Shown here piece after piece: positions 11,777 to 22,060 of a DNA stretch of 64,000 nucleotides. The stretch lies in contig JBPOGI010000008.1 in assembly GCA_051251855.1 (NCBI GenBank), positions 23,250 through 87,249 on the forward strand. Direction: 5' to 3'. The notes below the pieces were generated by a model. The model was not told the origin of the DNA, did not search any database, and saw only the letters and a program-made list of their open reading frames with translations. Numbering within the stretch: position 1 is the stretch's first letter; the number at the start of each line of letters is the position of its first letter. A program made the translations under genes and the position numbers. Source of the DNA: Roseibacillus sp. (GTDB taxonomy: Bacteria; Verrucomicrobiota; Verrucomicrobiia; Verrucomicrobiales; Akkermansiaceae).

Positions 11777-11905
11777 CATGGCCGACCCACCAAGGACCTC
11801 GACCTCTGGGTCAAACCTTCGATGGTAAATGCCAAAAAAATCGCGAAAACCTTCTCCATCTTCGGACTCCCGAAAGAAGAAGAAATCACCCAAGCTGAAT
11901 CCTAA
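11777..11905 (+). pseudogene. Fragment of a nucleotidyltransferase-like gene
   Basis: Translates as HGRPTKDLDLWVKPSMVNAKKIAKTFSIFG, resembling the HG..R.T.DLD.W..P...NA......FG pattern; no start codon, early stop. Confidence 0.55.
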
Positions 11906-11919
11906 CCGCTTTCCAGTTC

Positions 11920-14900
11920 TCACTCGTCTTCCTCAACTTCTAACCGAGCAAAGTACTTGCTGTTCGCGCTGACCGGAACGGGAAAGCGCCAGACCTCAGC
12001 AATCATGCCTTCTCCATTCGGAGTTGAGGAATGCAACACCGCCCCCTCCTCGTCCCATTCAACAAGGTCGGGAGAATACTGCACCTGATAGCTCAGCCCT
12101 TCGACATCAGCTCTTCGCTCGAACGAAATCGTCAGGTATGAGGAGATGGACGAGTCCACTGTGAGAGGCTCAACAAGGCCCACCGGTAAAACAGCAGTCG
12201 AATCAGCATCCAAGTCGCCATTGAGGAAAAATTCAAGGAGGTTCACGATGCCGTCACCGTCCTCGTCACCTTGCCCGTCGCTGATTCCGTGAGCGGCTAG
12301 CCAGACCTGATAGCTGTTCGCTTGGAAGGACCCCGGAGTTCCAAAATCATCGAAGCTAGCCCTCCAGTTGGCGGGAAGCGAATGATCAGGAGCGGCCGAA
12401 GGGTTGACTAACACAACACTCTTTCCGTCACCATCTGCTCCTTCGGGCCAAGGCGCCCCATCTTCATAGGTGAACTCGTGGATCGCCACTCCTGCTCCTA
12501 AGGACAACTTCAAGAGTTCGCCTCCATTGGAGAGTTGGTCGCCCCCATAGTTACCGGCAATGGAAATCCCCGGGCCATAACGAGCGGTGAAAGCCGCTTC
12601 GTTTTTAACAATGACAATCGAAGCTCCCGCTGCCAGTAGGGTTCCTGAAGGAAAGTCGAAATCAACTCCCTTGGTAAACCTCACGTTCGTTAAGTCGAGT
12701 GCGGTCTCGCCCACATTGGTCACTTCGATCCATTCGTAGTCATCATTTTCGGTAGAGACCAACAATTCAGCTCCTTGGGGAGCGGGAGGGTTGAACATGA
12801 ACTCCGTGATCACCAATTGATTTTGATAGCCCGAGACATCGCTCTCGCCTGCGACGAACTGCATCGGCTCGGACCAGCGACTCCAGCGCCCCACCGAATC
12901 GAGATGCCGGACCCGCACGCGGTAGTCGCGACCGGGTCGGACTTCAGTAGCAGGTATCTCCATCGTCTCGGTAAAAGCGGTTAAGGTACCCGACTCCCAA
13001 TCGCATTCCGCCTCATACTTGCGCGGCTCCATCGGATCAAAGGCCACGCTGGTCTCATCGGTCACTTCCGCCAAGCGGTATTCCATCCCCGCAAAGGAAG
13101 AACCCACCGGACTACTGAATCCCGAAGAAGCCACCGCAATCTCGTTAGCTGGAAACCCGCTAGTCCCCTCGTAACTCAGCACCGGCCGATGAGGAACCTG
13201 CGCCGAGTCAGTGAGAACATTTTGCTCAATCCAGGCCCGACGGGTCACGATGTAGTTTCTCATCTTCTGAGCCATCCCCTCGAAGGAATCAGGGGTCGTA
13301 GCCGACAGCTTGTAAAACTCTCCATGACCAGCCTGATTTAAACTTACAAAACTGGATACCAGAATGGGATTGTAGTCCCACATGGCCCGATCGGCATCGA
13401 CGTAGGAAGGAAAGCCATCGGTCCAAACAAACTGCATCCTCTCGTCGATGAGGAGATCGGTTTGTTCACTATTAAAGAGAAGGTCCAGCAAACTCCGGGC
13501 CTCATTGCGATACTCCTGAGCCAAGGCCGGAATGGCTAGAACACGACTTTTAAAGGGTTCATTCCCAGTTCCAAACCCACCATCAGACCAAGCGACATCG
13601 AGATCCCAAGCATGAACCTCCCATTGATCCGACTCAGGATTATTGAAATAGAAATAGTTTTTCCCGGCATGAATATCGTAGTGCCGGATCCCTTCCACGA
13701 TAGTCCGATAGGCATAGTAGCGGGAAAGATCGAGATTGTCTCGCCACCATTGTTCGGTTTGGGTGCCGCCCTCATAAGTCCCGAGGAAGTCATCCAGGTC
13801 GGAACGGTCACTCGGTTGGTTAGGTCCTTGATTATTTGATATCCCCGTCCCCGACTCCATTTTGTAAAGATTACCGTCAGGAAGGTCATGCTCTTCGAGG
13901 TACTGCCCATCCATTTGTTCAATCGCGAGATAAAGTCCCTGGAAATCATTATCAAATTGTGAATTGGTAGGCCCCTCTTCATCCGCATCCTCAATAATAC
14001 GAAAATGCACGTAATGGGTGTTGCTGGCCTCCGACCCAGCGAGGTCAAAGAGCTCAAAACCCACCGACTCATAAAGCCCCTGTTCTCCCCGTTGATTAAA
14101 GTTCCCCTGCTGAATAATGGCCGAGAAATTCAATTTACTCCATTCGGTCTCGTATTCCTCTCCGTAGTCATCCCGGGCTTGAAAGCGATGACCACGATTA
14201 AAATCAAACTTCCACATATTCTTGCCCATGCGGTAGCGATGCACCCCGCCGCGAGCGCGAAAGCGAATATGATCGTAGACCTCACCCTCGTAGATAAGAC
14301 AACCTTTCCACAAATAGTCACTGCCGGTGTAGCCGCTGCCCCGTGTTGAACCCGGAATATACTGCGCGTTCACATGCTCATCGCGAGTGGTAATCAACTG
14401 ATAGACCGCCACCTTCTGCTGCCCATCCGGAAGATTATTAAAATCAAAGCTCACATTGGGATCGGTAGGAGTGGCCTGCCCCGTCCAAGTGGGAAGCTGA
14501 TCATAGACGAAGTAGGCAAAATTCGGCGTAGGATCATCAGCATAAGGAACGAGCACCGAAGTGCCATTGCCATCCTCCGCACGAATTCGATAGCGCACCA
14601 AATCTCGATGAGATTGCAGAGTCGCAGGAAGAACCACCGAATAAGTGGAATCCCCTGCAATCAGATCGCCCTGCGTTCCGGCATCAGCCATCGCTAGGGT
14701 GGTCCAATTGGTGCCATACCGAGGATCATCGATCGTGATATAGTCTCCTGGAGCAACGAGCTGATAGTCCAACTCAACAAAGGAGACCCCTTCGGGATCG
14801 GTGACCTTAGCGGTGATAGTCACCTCATCACTGCTCGTTGGCCTCTCGGGCGTGTGGCTCACTTGTCGAATCGACGGTGGTGCATTCCCCGCAAACACCG

Positions 14901-15993
14901 AATTCACTGCACCTGGAGAAGGCTCGAGGGCAGTCCCCCCACTAGCCGCGCCAAGGAACACCAGCTCCACGTCGGCAGTGGCATCAGTGCTGCCCAAGTT
15001 GCGATTGATGAGTTGCACCGTAATGGTATTGGTCCCTTCAACGAGATAACTGGTGGCGCCAGCAATGGTCACCTCTTCGTAGTCGTTCGCCTCGTGCTGC
15101 AAGGCGAAACCAGCGGGAGGAGGAAAGGAGATCGCCCCCGACATCAGCGAAAAACGTTCCACTTCAACGCCATTGATATGAACCGCCAAACCGTCATCAT
15201 ATAAGGCTCGCAAAGTCAGCTCATCCGGAACCTCTCCCGCAGCAATCGTAAACTCGTGCCGCATAAAGAAGGAAATGTAGTTCCCCTCCATCCCCGCTAG
15301 CACGGTATTATCATCACCATCCCCAAACCCGAAGGGCGCTTGCGAGACCGCCCAGTTCCCATCGTCGCTCTCATCGTAACCGTTTTCCGTCCAATTCTTT
15401 CCGCTCAAGTCATTGTTAGGAAAGGAAGTCCCCTCTCGGTAGCTCCACCCGGAATCATTCCGCAAAACATAATTCGCGGCCGGAAGAGAAGAACCTTCCA
15501 AATTCCCCGCCGACCTCCAGTTTCCGCCCAAATCATTGTCTAACAGTGGATGAATCAATTCCATCGAAGGGCTGGGTTCATCCCCTACCGTCGGCCAAGG
15601 AAATCCAAGTTGATAGCTCACCTCATCGACCTTTACTCCCCCGCCATCACGCAAAACCACGGACTCGCCCTGATTGCTCAGCTTCCCCTCCCACGGCCCC
15701 AAAGCATCCGCATATCCAAACTCCGCACTCAACATCGTCGGATTCCACGCCACCACGAGATAGCCCCCAGCCTCGATACGACTCCCCGCAGGAAAGGTGT
15801 AATCCACCCCACTGGAAAAAGACCAACCCGAGACATCTACCGCGACCGTTCCCGAATTGTAGAGTTCAATAAATTCCGCTTGTTTCGTCTTATCGTCCTC
15901 GTCGATATGAAGCTCGTTGATCACCACCGAAGCCAAAGCCTGAGAGAAACAGATACAGAGGTAAGAAAATAAAAAGGCTAAGCGAACGTTCAT
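11920..15993 (-). CDS. Secreted lamin-tail-domain / CotH-kinase-family protein
   Basis: Signal peptide; two LTDs (VINELH..EFIELYN; ITEFMFNP..EWIEVTN); CotH-like core (RARG, KFDF, KNYFY, WDLD); DxDGDG motif and shared C-terminal module. Confidence 0.88.
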   Translation of the reverse strand: MNVRLAFLFSYLCICFSQALASVVINELHIDEDDKTKQAEFIELYNSGTVAVDVSGWSFSSGVDYTFPAGSRIEAGGYLVVAWNPTMLSAEFGYADALGPWEGKLSNQGESVVLRDGGGVKVDEVSYQLGFPWPTVGDEPSPSMELIHPLLDNDLGGNWRSAGNLEGSSLPAANYVLRNDSGWSYREGTSFPNNDLSGKNWTENGYDESDDGNWAVSQAPFGFGDGDDNTVLAGMEGNYISFFMRHEFTIAAGEVPDELTLRALYDDGLAVHINGVEVERFSLMSGAISFPPPAGFALQHEANDYEEVTIAGATSYLVEGTNTITVQLINRNLGSTDATADVELVFLGAASGGTALEPSPGAVNSVFAGNAPPSIRQVSHTPERPTSSDEVTITAKVTDPEGVSFVELDYQLVAPGDYITIDDPRYGTNWTTLAMADAGTQGDLIAGDSTYSVVLPATLQSHRDLVRYRIRAEDGNGTSVLVPYADDPTPNFAYFVYDQLPTWTGQATPTDPNVSFDFNNLPDGQQKVAVYQLITTRDEHVNAQYIPGSTRGSGYTGSDYLWKGCLIYEGEVYDHIRFRARGGVHRYRMGKNMWKFDFNRGHRFQARDDYGEEYETEWSKLNFSAIIQQGNFNQRGEQGLYESVGFELFDLAGSEASNTHYVHFRIIEDADEEGPTNSQFDNDFQGLYLAIEQMDGQYLEEHDLPDGNLYKMESGTGISNNQGPNQPSDRSDLDDFLGTYEGGTQTEQWWRDNLDLSRYYAYRTIVEGIRHYDIHAGKNYFYFNNPESDQWEVHAWDLDVAWSDGGFGTGNEPFKSRVLAIPALAQEYRNEARSLLDLLFNSEQTDLLIDERMQFVWTDGFPSYVDADRAMWDYNPILVSSFVSLNQAGHGEFYKLSATTPDSFEGMAQKMRNYIVTRRAWIEQNVLTDSAQVPHRPVLSYEGTSGFPANEIAVASSGFSSPVGSSFAGMEYRLAEVTDETSVAFDPMEPRKYEAECDWESGTLTAFTETMEIPATEVRPGRDYRVRVRHLDSVGRWSRWSEPMQFVAGESDVSGYQNQLVITEFMFNPPAPQGAELLVSTENDDYEWIEVTNVGETALDLTNVRFTKGVDFDFPSGTLLAAGASIVIVKNEAAFTARYGPGISIAGNYGGDQLSNGGELLKLSLGAGVAIHEFTYEDGAPWPEGADGDGKSVVLVNPSAAPDHSLPANWRASFDDFGTPGSFQANSYQVWLAAHGISDGQGDEDGDGIVNLLEFFLNGDLDADSTAVLPVGLVEPLTVDSSISSYLTISFERRADVEGLSYQVQYSPDLVEWDEEGAVLHSSTPNGEGMIAEVWRFPVPVSANSKYFARLEVEEDE

Positions 15994-16165
15994 GGGGAAA
16001 ATTGTCACTGGGGAATGAAAGACCATCGAACGCCCCTCATCAAAATCCCGTTCATCGGAACTCACGACAACAAATCCTCAGCAAAACGGGCCTTTCGGCC
16101 TAAAAGAGAACGAAATACAGAGAGCCAAAGCAAGCCAGAAGGCCTCAACGCTAGAGATGGACAAC

Positions 16166-16206
16166 GAGGAACACGAAATCGCAGTCCAAGGCATCGACCT
16201 CACCAA
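16166..16206 (+). repeat. Decayed copy of acnB 3' region
   Basis: 34/41 nt identical to 11618-11658 (EEHEIAVQGIDLT vs EEYKTAVQGIDLT). Confidence 0.8.
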
Positions 16207-17117
16207 TCCTGAGGAAAAGATTGCGACAAGTCCGGACCATCTTCACTTTGATACTCAGGAAGGAGATAATAAGCCCGCGTAATACCCCACCGTTTGATCG
16301 TCAAGCGACGGACTTCATCCCTCAGCGCAGGGTCATCAATGTGATCGGCAGTCTTCAATCCCGCATACCCAGCAGGTAAGGCTACTTTTCTCAAGAGCTC
16401 ATTCCGTTTCTCCCGATCCCAATAAGAGGCAATCCATTCCGTTGCCGCTTCCAAGTCCTCTTCTGCCCCCTCAATAGCGACCGAGGGGAAAAGGGTCTGA
16501 TCCGCTTCAGGCCATTGCTCAAAGAACAAGTCCACGAAAGCAGCCGCTTCTTCAGGGTGATATTGAGCAAGGTCACGCGCATACTCGTTCAGAATGCCAA
16601 TATGGCCCTTCTTCTTGGTCTTAAGAAGACTTTGCAGAGCGGCATCCTGATCCATTGCCAACCAAGTGAACAGAACGCCACGAGTGGCTTCTTTCTCAAA
16701 ATCTTTATCCTGCAGAGCACTCGACCAAGCTTCCTCAGGTGAGAGCTCAGCCCAACGAGCATAGAGAGCGGTAGCAAATCTCCCAAAACGGGATTTCGGC
16801 TCCATTTCGCGCAAAGCATCTCGCACGGCCATAAGCTCCTCCAAGCTGAAGCTAAAAATGAGCAGCCGAAGATTGTTTTCCAAGCCGGCATCGAACTCAG
16901 ATTCTTGATACCCACGAAGGGTCTCAACGATGGACTCTCGCTTAGACTTCCCCGAAGCCAAAGACCGTCCGGAACCACTCCCTCCCCCAACAACAGTCGA
17001 AGCCTGCTGACCTAAAGGCTCCTTAACTGCAGTATTCTTACGTGGGAAAAAATGATGCGAGATAAAGAACAAGAGGCTCCCTAGGGAAAAACAAATAAGG
17101 AATCCTCTCAGCATCAC
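16200..17117 (-). CDS. Membrane-anchored hypothetical protein, possibly 3'-truncated
   Basis: N-terminal hydrophobic helix; helical W-A-x-x-[DS]-P-x-x-A repeats; stop lies inside an acnB 3'-end remnant. Confidence 0.7.
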   Translation of the reverse strand: MMLRGFLICFSLGSLLFFISHHFFPRKNTAVKEPLGQQASTVVGGGSGSGRSLASGKSKRESIVETLRGYQESEFDAGLENNLRLLIFSFSLEELMAVRDALREMEPKSRFGRFATALYARWAELSPEEAWSSALQDKDFEKEATRGVLFTWLAMDQDAALQSLLKTKKKGHIGILNEYARDLAQYHPEEAAAFVDLFFEQWPEADQTLFPSVAIEGAEEDLEAATEWIASYWDREKRNELLRKVALPAGYAGLKTADHIDDPALRDEVRRLTIKRWGITRAYYLLPEYQSEDGPDLSQSFPQDW

Positions 17118-17560
17118 TTTACCTACATTCTATCAAATAGCCTTCCAGCTCAATTTAAGCATTCAAGCAAATGCATCAAAATGCCGAGGCTTACAATCTG
17201 AAATCCTCGGGTCCTATTGGGGTCAGTCCGGAATGGCGCTGCAATAAGCGGTTTTTCGTGCCGCAGGCAACGAATGAGGAGCGTGGTCTTTTCAAGCCGC
17301 CACCTTTCATCGTTGAAGGTTGAGGGTAGGCCTACTCGTTTCCGAAGTCACTCATCTGGCGATTCCTTGGAGGTCTTCCTCGCATCGTGATCAAGCCAGC
17401 GGCTTAAAAAGCCACGCTCCGAAGCCTGCGGCCACTGTCCTCGAGAACTCTCAGTTTTTGTTCGGGATTTCTCTTAACGCAGTGCCATTCGGGTCAGTTC
17501 GCGCATCAGCACATTTTCCTCTCCCCTACCCGGGGGGTGAAGGAGGCTAGGAAGCCGACC

Positions 17561-17806
17561 TCAAACGATCCCCTTCTTCTTCAGAAAGGGAATCAATTCA
17601 TCGACCCCAAAGTCAGCCAAGACTTCGCCATGCCAGTTCATGGTGGGAGCCTTAGTCTGCCCCGAAAGCTCCTTCATCTCCTTCATCGCCTCGCGATTCC
17701 CGGAGACGACAACGGTTTCGACCTCGATGGCCTTTTGCGAGAGATAGTCAACGACCTCGACGCACCAAGGGCAGCTGGGTTTGAGATAGAGAACGGGTAA
17801 GGACAT
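17561..17806 (-). CDS. Glutaredoxin-family protein
   Basis: LYLKPSCPWC (CxxC), SGQTKAPT cis-Pro motif, LADFG. Confidence 0.92.
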   Translation of the reverse strand: MSLPVLYLKPSCPWCVEVVDYLSQKAIEVETVVVSGNREAMKEMKELSGQTKAPTMNWHGEVLADFGVDELIPFLKKKGIV

Positions 17807-17866
17807 AAACTGGTGAGGGACGGTAGTGGCAGTTTCCAAAACAGGCAAGAAAGCCTCCATCCATCC

Positions 17867-17913
17867 CGAATCAAGCAAAGGCGAATCAAGCAAAGGCGAA
17901 TCAATCAAAGGCG
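17867..17913. repeat. 15-bp tandem repeat, three copies
   Basis: CGAATCAAGCAAAGG twice, then CGAATCAATCAAAGG. Confidence 0.9.
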
Positions 17914-18153
17914 TCAGTCCGCGCATTTGAACATTTCCCCTACTCCCTCCCCTTCTGAGCAAGAGGCTCGCTTCGCTAGAGAATAATAATAAATTGTTCC
18001 TCCGAACAATTACCTCTACGCTAGGCCAGAAGAACAAGAGAACACTTCCGCCTCCCCTTTTTTACTTTAATTTGACAAAACCGAGGCCCCCGCGCGCTAC
18101 TTATTAACCCTTTCTCACCCAACCCACCTTTCTTCATCTGCTCACCACTCCGA

Positions 18154-19860
18154 ATGCCTGTCTTTGCTCGTTTCATAAACAGCTGTCTAGCCATCCTCCT
18201 TTTGGGTGCTTGCAGTACGAATCACTACAAAAAACAGGCTGATAAGGACGTCTATGCCATCCTAAAGAAGGTCGAGAGCGACATCTTCGGAGACTCCTCC
18301 AACTTCTCTATCGACAGCCCCACCTCCGGAAAAAAGAGCAAGAACGTCACCCCCAAAACCGTTCTCAAATCCCGCACCCAAGGCGGAAAAGTCACCCTCT
18401 CCCTCGACCAAGCCCTCGGCTACGCCATTAAGAACAGCCGCGAGTATCAATCGGAGAAAGAAAGACTCTACCTTACCGCCCTCACTCTCACCGGAGAGCA
18501 ACACAGCTTCCGCCCCAACTTCTTCGGGCGCACCCGCATCCAAGGCACTCGAGCCAGCGATGGCGAACAAACCGGCACCGCAGCCTCAGAACTTGGCGTC
18601 AACCAGGCCCTTATCAGGGGCGGCAGTCTTGGCATTAGCATTGCCAATGACCTCCTCAAATACTTCACCGGAGACCCCCGGCGCTCTGCGGTCTCGGTTC
18701 TCGACCTTAATATCACCCAACCCCTCCTCCGTGGAGCCGGCCATCAAATCGCCGCCGAACGACTCACTCAAACCAACCGCAACGTGATCTACGCCGTCCG
18801 CGATTTCTCCCATTTCCAGAACACCTTCTCGGTCGGGATCGTCAACGACTACTTCGACCTCCTCCAACAGAAAAAGGTTATTTTCAACGAGTATAACAAC
18901 TACGAATCCCGCCAAGCCAACCGGGAATACCTCACTGCCCGAGGCGACCGCGAATCACCAGAAGCTATCGGCGATGCCGAGCAAGCGGAGCTGCAAGCCA
19001 AGAACCGCTACATCAACTCCATCACAAGCTATCGAAACTCGCTCGATCAATTTAAAATCACCCTCGGCCTCCCCCAAACCACCGACCTGCGGCTCGAGGA
19101 CAAAGAGTTCGACCTTGTCCGCGCCGCTGGGGCCAAATCACTCTCCCTCGGCAGTCAAGAAGCCTTCCGCGTCGCGCTTGACCACCGTCTTCCCCTTTTC
19201 AATCAAATCGACCGCTTCGAGGATAACAAGCGCCAGGTCGCCATCGCGGCCAACCAGCTCAAAGCCGACCTCAACCTTCTCGCCAGCAGCTCTGTCAGCA
19301 CCGACGGCGGCCCCACCGATTATGTGAACTTTGACTTCAATAAAGTCCGCACCACCGTCGGCCTCCAACTGAACCTCCCTCTCGACCGCCTCCGTGAGCG
19401 TAACACCTACCGCGCCACCCTCATCAACTTCGAGTCCGCCACCCGCACCCTCGGGCAGAACTTCGATGAGCTCCGTAACCTCCTCGACCGCCGCATTCGC
19501 GAACTCGAGCAGTTTCGCCAATCCTACGAGATTCAGAGAAACGCCGTCGTCCTCGCCGCAAGGCGCGTGGAAGGAAACCAACTCCGCCTCAAAGCTGGCA
19601 CCGTCATCTTCCGCCGCCTCAGTGAGTCCCAAGACGCTCTCATCTCCGCCCAAAACGCCGAGACCCTCGCTCTCGTCGACTACCTCGGCGCACGGCTCAA
19701 CCTCCTCATCGACCTCGGCGTCCTGAAGTCCGATGAAAAGCGCTACTGGCTCAAGGAGAACCCTTCCAAAATCAAGTTCCAGAATGCTCCCCCGTTAGAA
19801 AACAGTCTCCCTCTCGAAATGGGCGACACCGTCATCTCACCTGAACGCCTCTTCCGATGA
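18154..19860 (+). CDS. TolC-family outer membrane efflux lipoprotein
   Basis: Lipobox LGAC; ITQPLLRG and LNLPL beta-strands; first gene of efflux operon. Confidence 0.88.
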   Translation: MPVFARFINSCLAILLLGACSTNHYKKQADKDVYAILKKVESDIFGDSSNFSIDSPTSGKKSKNVTPKTVLKSRTQGGKVTLSLDQALGYAIKNSREYQSEKERLYLTALTLTGEQHSFRPNFFGRTRIQGTRASDGEQTGTAASELGVNQALIRGGSLGISIANDLLKYFTGDPRRSAVSVLDLNITQPLLRGAGHQIAAERLTQTNRNVIYAVRDFSHFQNTFSVGIVNDYFDLLQQKKVIFNEYNNYESRQANREYLTARGDRESPEAIGDAEQAELQAKNRYINSITSYRNSLDQFKITLGLPQTTDLRLEDKEFDLVRAAGAKSLSLGSQEAFRVALDHRLPLFNQIDRFEDNKRQVAIAANQLKADLNLLASSSVSTDGGPTDYVNFDFNKVRTTVGLQLNLPLDRLRERNTYRATLINFESATRTLGQNFDELRNLLDRRIRELEQFRQSYEIQRNAVVLAARRVEGNQLRLKAGTVIFRRLSESQDALISAQNAETLALVDYLGARLNLLIDLGVLKSDEKRYWLKENPSKIKFQNAPPLENSLPLEMGDTVISPERLFR

Positions 19861-21326
19861 AATTACTCTTCAAAAAAAGAATCCTCATTCCGCTCGTGCT
19901 CATCGCGCTGTTCGCCGCCTTCATCGTCAACAAGAGCGGCAAGGATACGGATGATGGATTCTACCACACCGTCGAACGCGGCGACTTCGTCATCTCCATC
20001 GTCGAAGGGGGCACCCTCGAGGCCGTCAATGAAGTCGTCGTCAAAAACACCATCGACGGTGAGTCCCGCATCATCTCGCTCATCCCCGAAGGCACCTACG
20101 TCAAGAAAGGCGACCTCCTCGTCGAGTTCGATGCCGGCGAAGCCGAGAACAAGGTAGAAGAACAACGCGTCCAATACCAATCCCGCGAAGCCGCCCTCGT
20201 CAAAGCTCAAAACGATCTCATCATCACCAAGAGCACCACCGAGAGTGAAATCAGCCAAGCTGAGCAAGAAGTCCGCTTTGCCACCATGGATTTGGAGAAG
20301 TTCGAGCAACTCGAGAAAGTGCACAAGCTCCGAGAATCTGAACTCAAAATCGATGCCGCCGAGGAAGCCCTCAAACTCTCCCAGCAGAAATACGAGTGGT
20401 CCCTCAAACTCGCCGAAAAAGGATTCGAAACGCAGAGCCAGGTCGATCGCGACAAGCTGGATGTCAGCTTCCGATCGAAGGAGTTTGAAACCGCCAAAAG
20501 CACCTTCAAAATGCTCGAGACCTTTGACCTCATCAAGCAGCACGCCGAGTTCACTTCTAAGAAAAAGGAAGCCATCGCAAAACTCGGGCGCGCCAAAAAA
20601 CAAGGCGAAAGCAAAACCACCCAACATGAGGCCGCCGTCAAATCCGCCGAAATCACCCTCAAGGTCACCAAGGAAAGCCTCGACAAGAAGACCAAACAAC
20701 TCGACGCAACCAAGGTCTACGCCCCGCAGGACGGCCTCCTCATTTACGCCAAGCCGAGATATTACTGGAGCGATGATGCCCAGATCACCGAAGGCGCCAT
20801 GGTCCGAAACCGCATGGATCTTGTCAAAATTCCCGACGTCTCCTCGATGAAGGTGACCGTCAAGATTCACGAGTCCATGATCAGCCAGGTCAAAACGGGG
20901 CTGAAAGCCTATGTCGTACTGGATTCCCGCCCGGACGAACGCTTCAATGCCGAGGTTACCAAAGTGGCCATCCTTCCCGATAGCGAACAGAACTGGTCCA
21001 ATCCCGACCTCAAAGTCTACACCACCGAAGTCGTCATCTCAGAAGTCATCGAGGGCATTAAACCCGGCGTCTCCGCCAAGGTTGAAATCATCACCGAGGA
21101 ACTCTCCAACGTCCTCACCGTCCCCATCCAAGCCGTCACCACTGTCGACGGAAAACAAATGTGCTACCGCTCAAAGGGAGGTGAGCCCGTTGGCATCCCC
21201 GTCGAGGTCGGCAAGTTCAACACCAAACACATCGAGATTAAATCCGGACTCAAAGAAGGCAGCAAAGTCATGCTCGACCCACCTCTCGACACCAACATCA
21301 ATCTCACCGGAGAAACCTCGCAGTAG
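19857..21326 (+). CDS. Efflux periplasmic adaptor (MacA/HlyD-like)
   Basis: EGTYVKKGDLL lipoyl-like half, long coiled coil, YAPQDG, VPIQAV, SGLKEG. Confidence 0.9.
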   Translation: MKLLFKKRILIPLVLIALFAAFIVNKSGKDTDDGFYHTVERGDFVISIVEGGTLEAVNEVVVKNTIDGESRIISLIPEGTYVKKGDLLVEFDAGEAENKVEEQRVQYQSREAALVKAQNDLIITKSTTESEISQAEQEVRFATMDLEKFEQLEKVHKLRESELKIDAAEEALKLSQQKYEWSLKLAEKGFETQSQVDRDKLDVSFRSKEFETAKSTFKMLETFDLIKQHAEFTSKKKEAIAKLGRAKKQGESKTTQHEAAVKSAEITLKVTKESLDKKTKQLDATKVYAPQDGLLIYAKPRYYWSDDAQITEGAMVRNRMDLVKIPDVSSMKVTVKIHESMISQVKTGLKAYVVLDSRPDERFNAEVTKVAILPDSEQNWSNPDLKVYTTEVVISEVIEGIKPGVSAKVEIITEELSNVLTVPIQAVTTVDGKQMCYRSKGGEPVGIPVEVGKFNTKHIEIKSGLKEGSKVMLDPPLDTNINLTGETSQ

Positions 21327-21337
21327 GAGTAGAATCA

Positions 21338-22060
21338 ATGAGCGATTCCACTGCAGCTTCCGAGGTTATCCGAATCCGGAAAATCGAAAAGAACTTCCAA
21401 GTCGGCGAGGTCGAAGTCCGTGCCCTTCGTGGAATCGACCTCACCATCACCAAAGGTGAGTTCGTCGCCATCATGGGACCCTCCGGCTCAGGGAAGTCGA
21501 CCCTGCTCAATATCCTCGGCTGCCTCGATCGCCCGACCACAGGTGAGTATTTTCTCGGAGGCGAAGACGTCGCCCAAATGGATGACGACACCCTCTCTGC
21601 CGCCCGCGGAAAACGACTCGGCTTCATCTTCCAGTCCTACAACCTCATCGCCCAACTGACCGTTCTCGAAAACATTCAAGTCCCCCTCATCTACCAACAA
21701 GAGAGCCTCGAAGAACACAAGGAGCGCTGCGAGGAACTCGGAAAACTGGTTGGCCTCAGCGACCGCCTTGACCACCGACCCAACCAACTCTCCGGCGGCC
21801 AGCAACAGCGCGTGGCCATCGCCCGTTCTCTCGTCAATGAACCCCTCATGATTCTTGCCGATGAGCCCACCGGAAACCTCGACTCCCAAACCGAAATCGA
21901 AGTCCTCGCCATCATCAACGACCTCAACAAGCAGGGCCGCACCATCGTTCTCGTCACGCACGACGACATCGTCTCTTACCACGCCCACCGCGTCATCCAC
22001 ATGAAGGATGGCCGCATTGACCGCGAAGTCATCAACTCCAACCCGGGAAGCAAACCATGA
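21338..22060 (+). CDS. ABC transporter ATP-binding protein (MacB/LolD-like)
   Basis: [30 protein letters not shown]. Confidence 0.95.
   Translation: MSDSTAASEVIRIRKIEKNFQVGEVEVRALRGIDLTITKGEFVAIMGPSGSGKSTLLNILGCLDRPTTGEYFLGGEDVAQMDDDTLSAARGKRLGFIFQSYNLIAQLTVLENIQVPLIYQQESLEEHKERCEELGKLVGLSDRLDHRPNQLSGGQQQRVAIARSLVNEPLMILADEPTGNLDSQTEIEVLAIINDLNKQGRTIVLVTHDDIVSYHAHRVIHMKDGRIDREVINSNPGSKP

Noticed and set aside
21431..21446. Further copy of the acnB core (GGAATCGACCTCACCA)
   Set aside because: Encodes the ordinary GIDLT of the ABC ATPase; flanks do not match.
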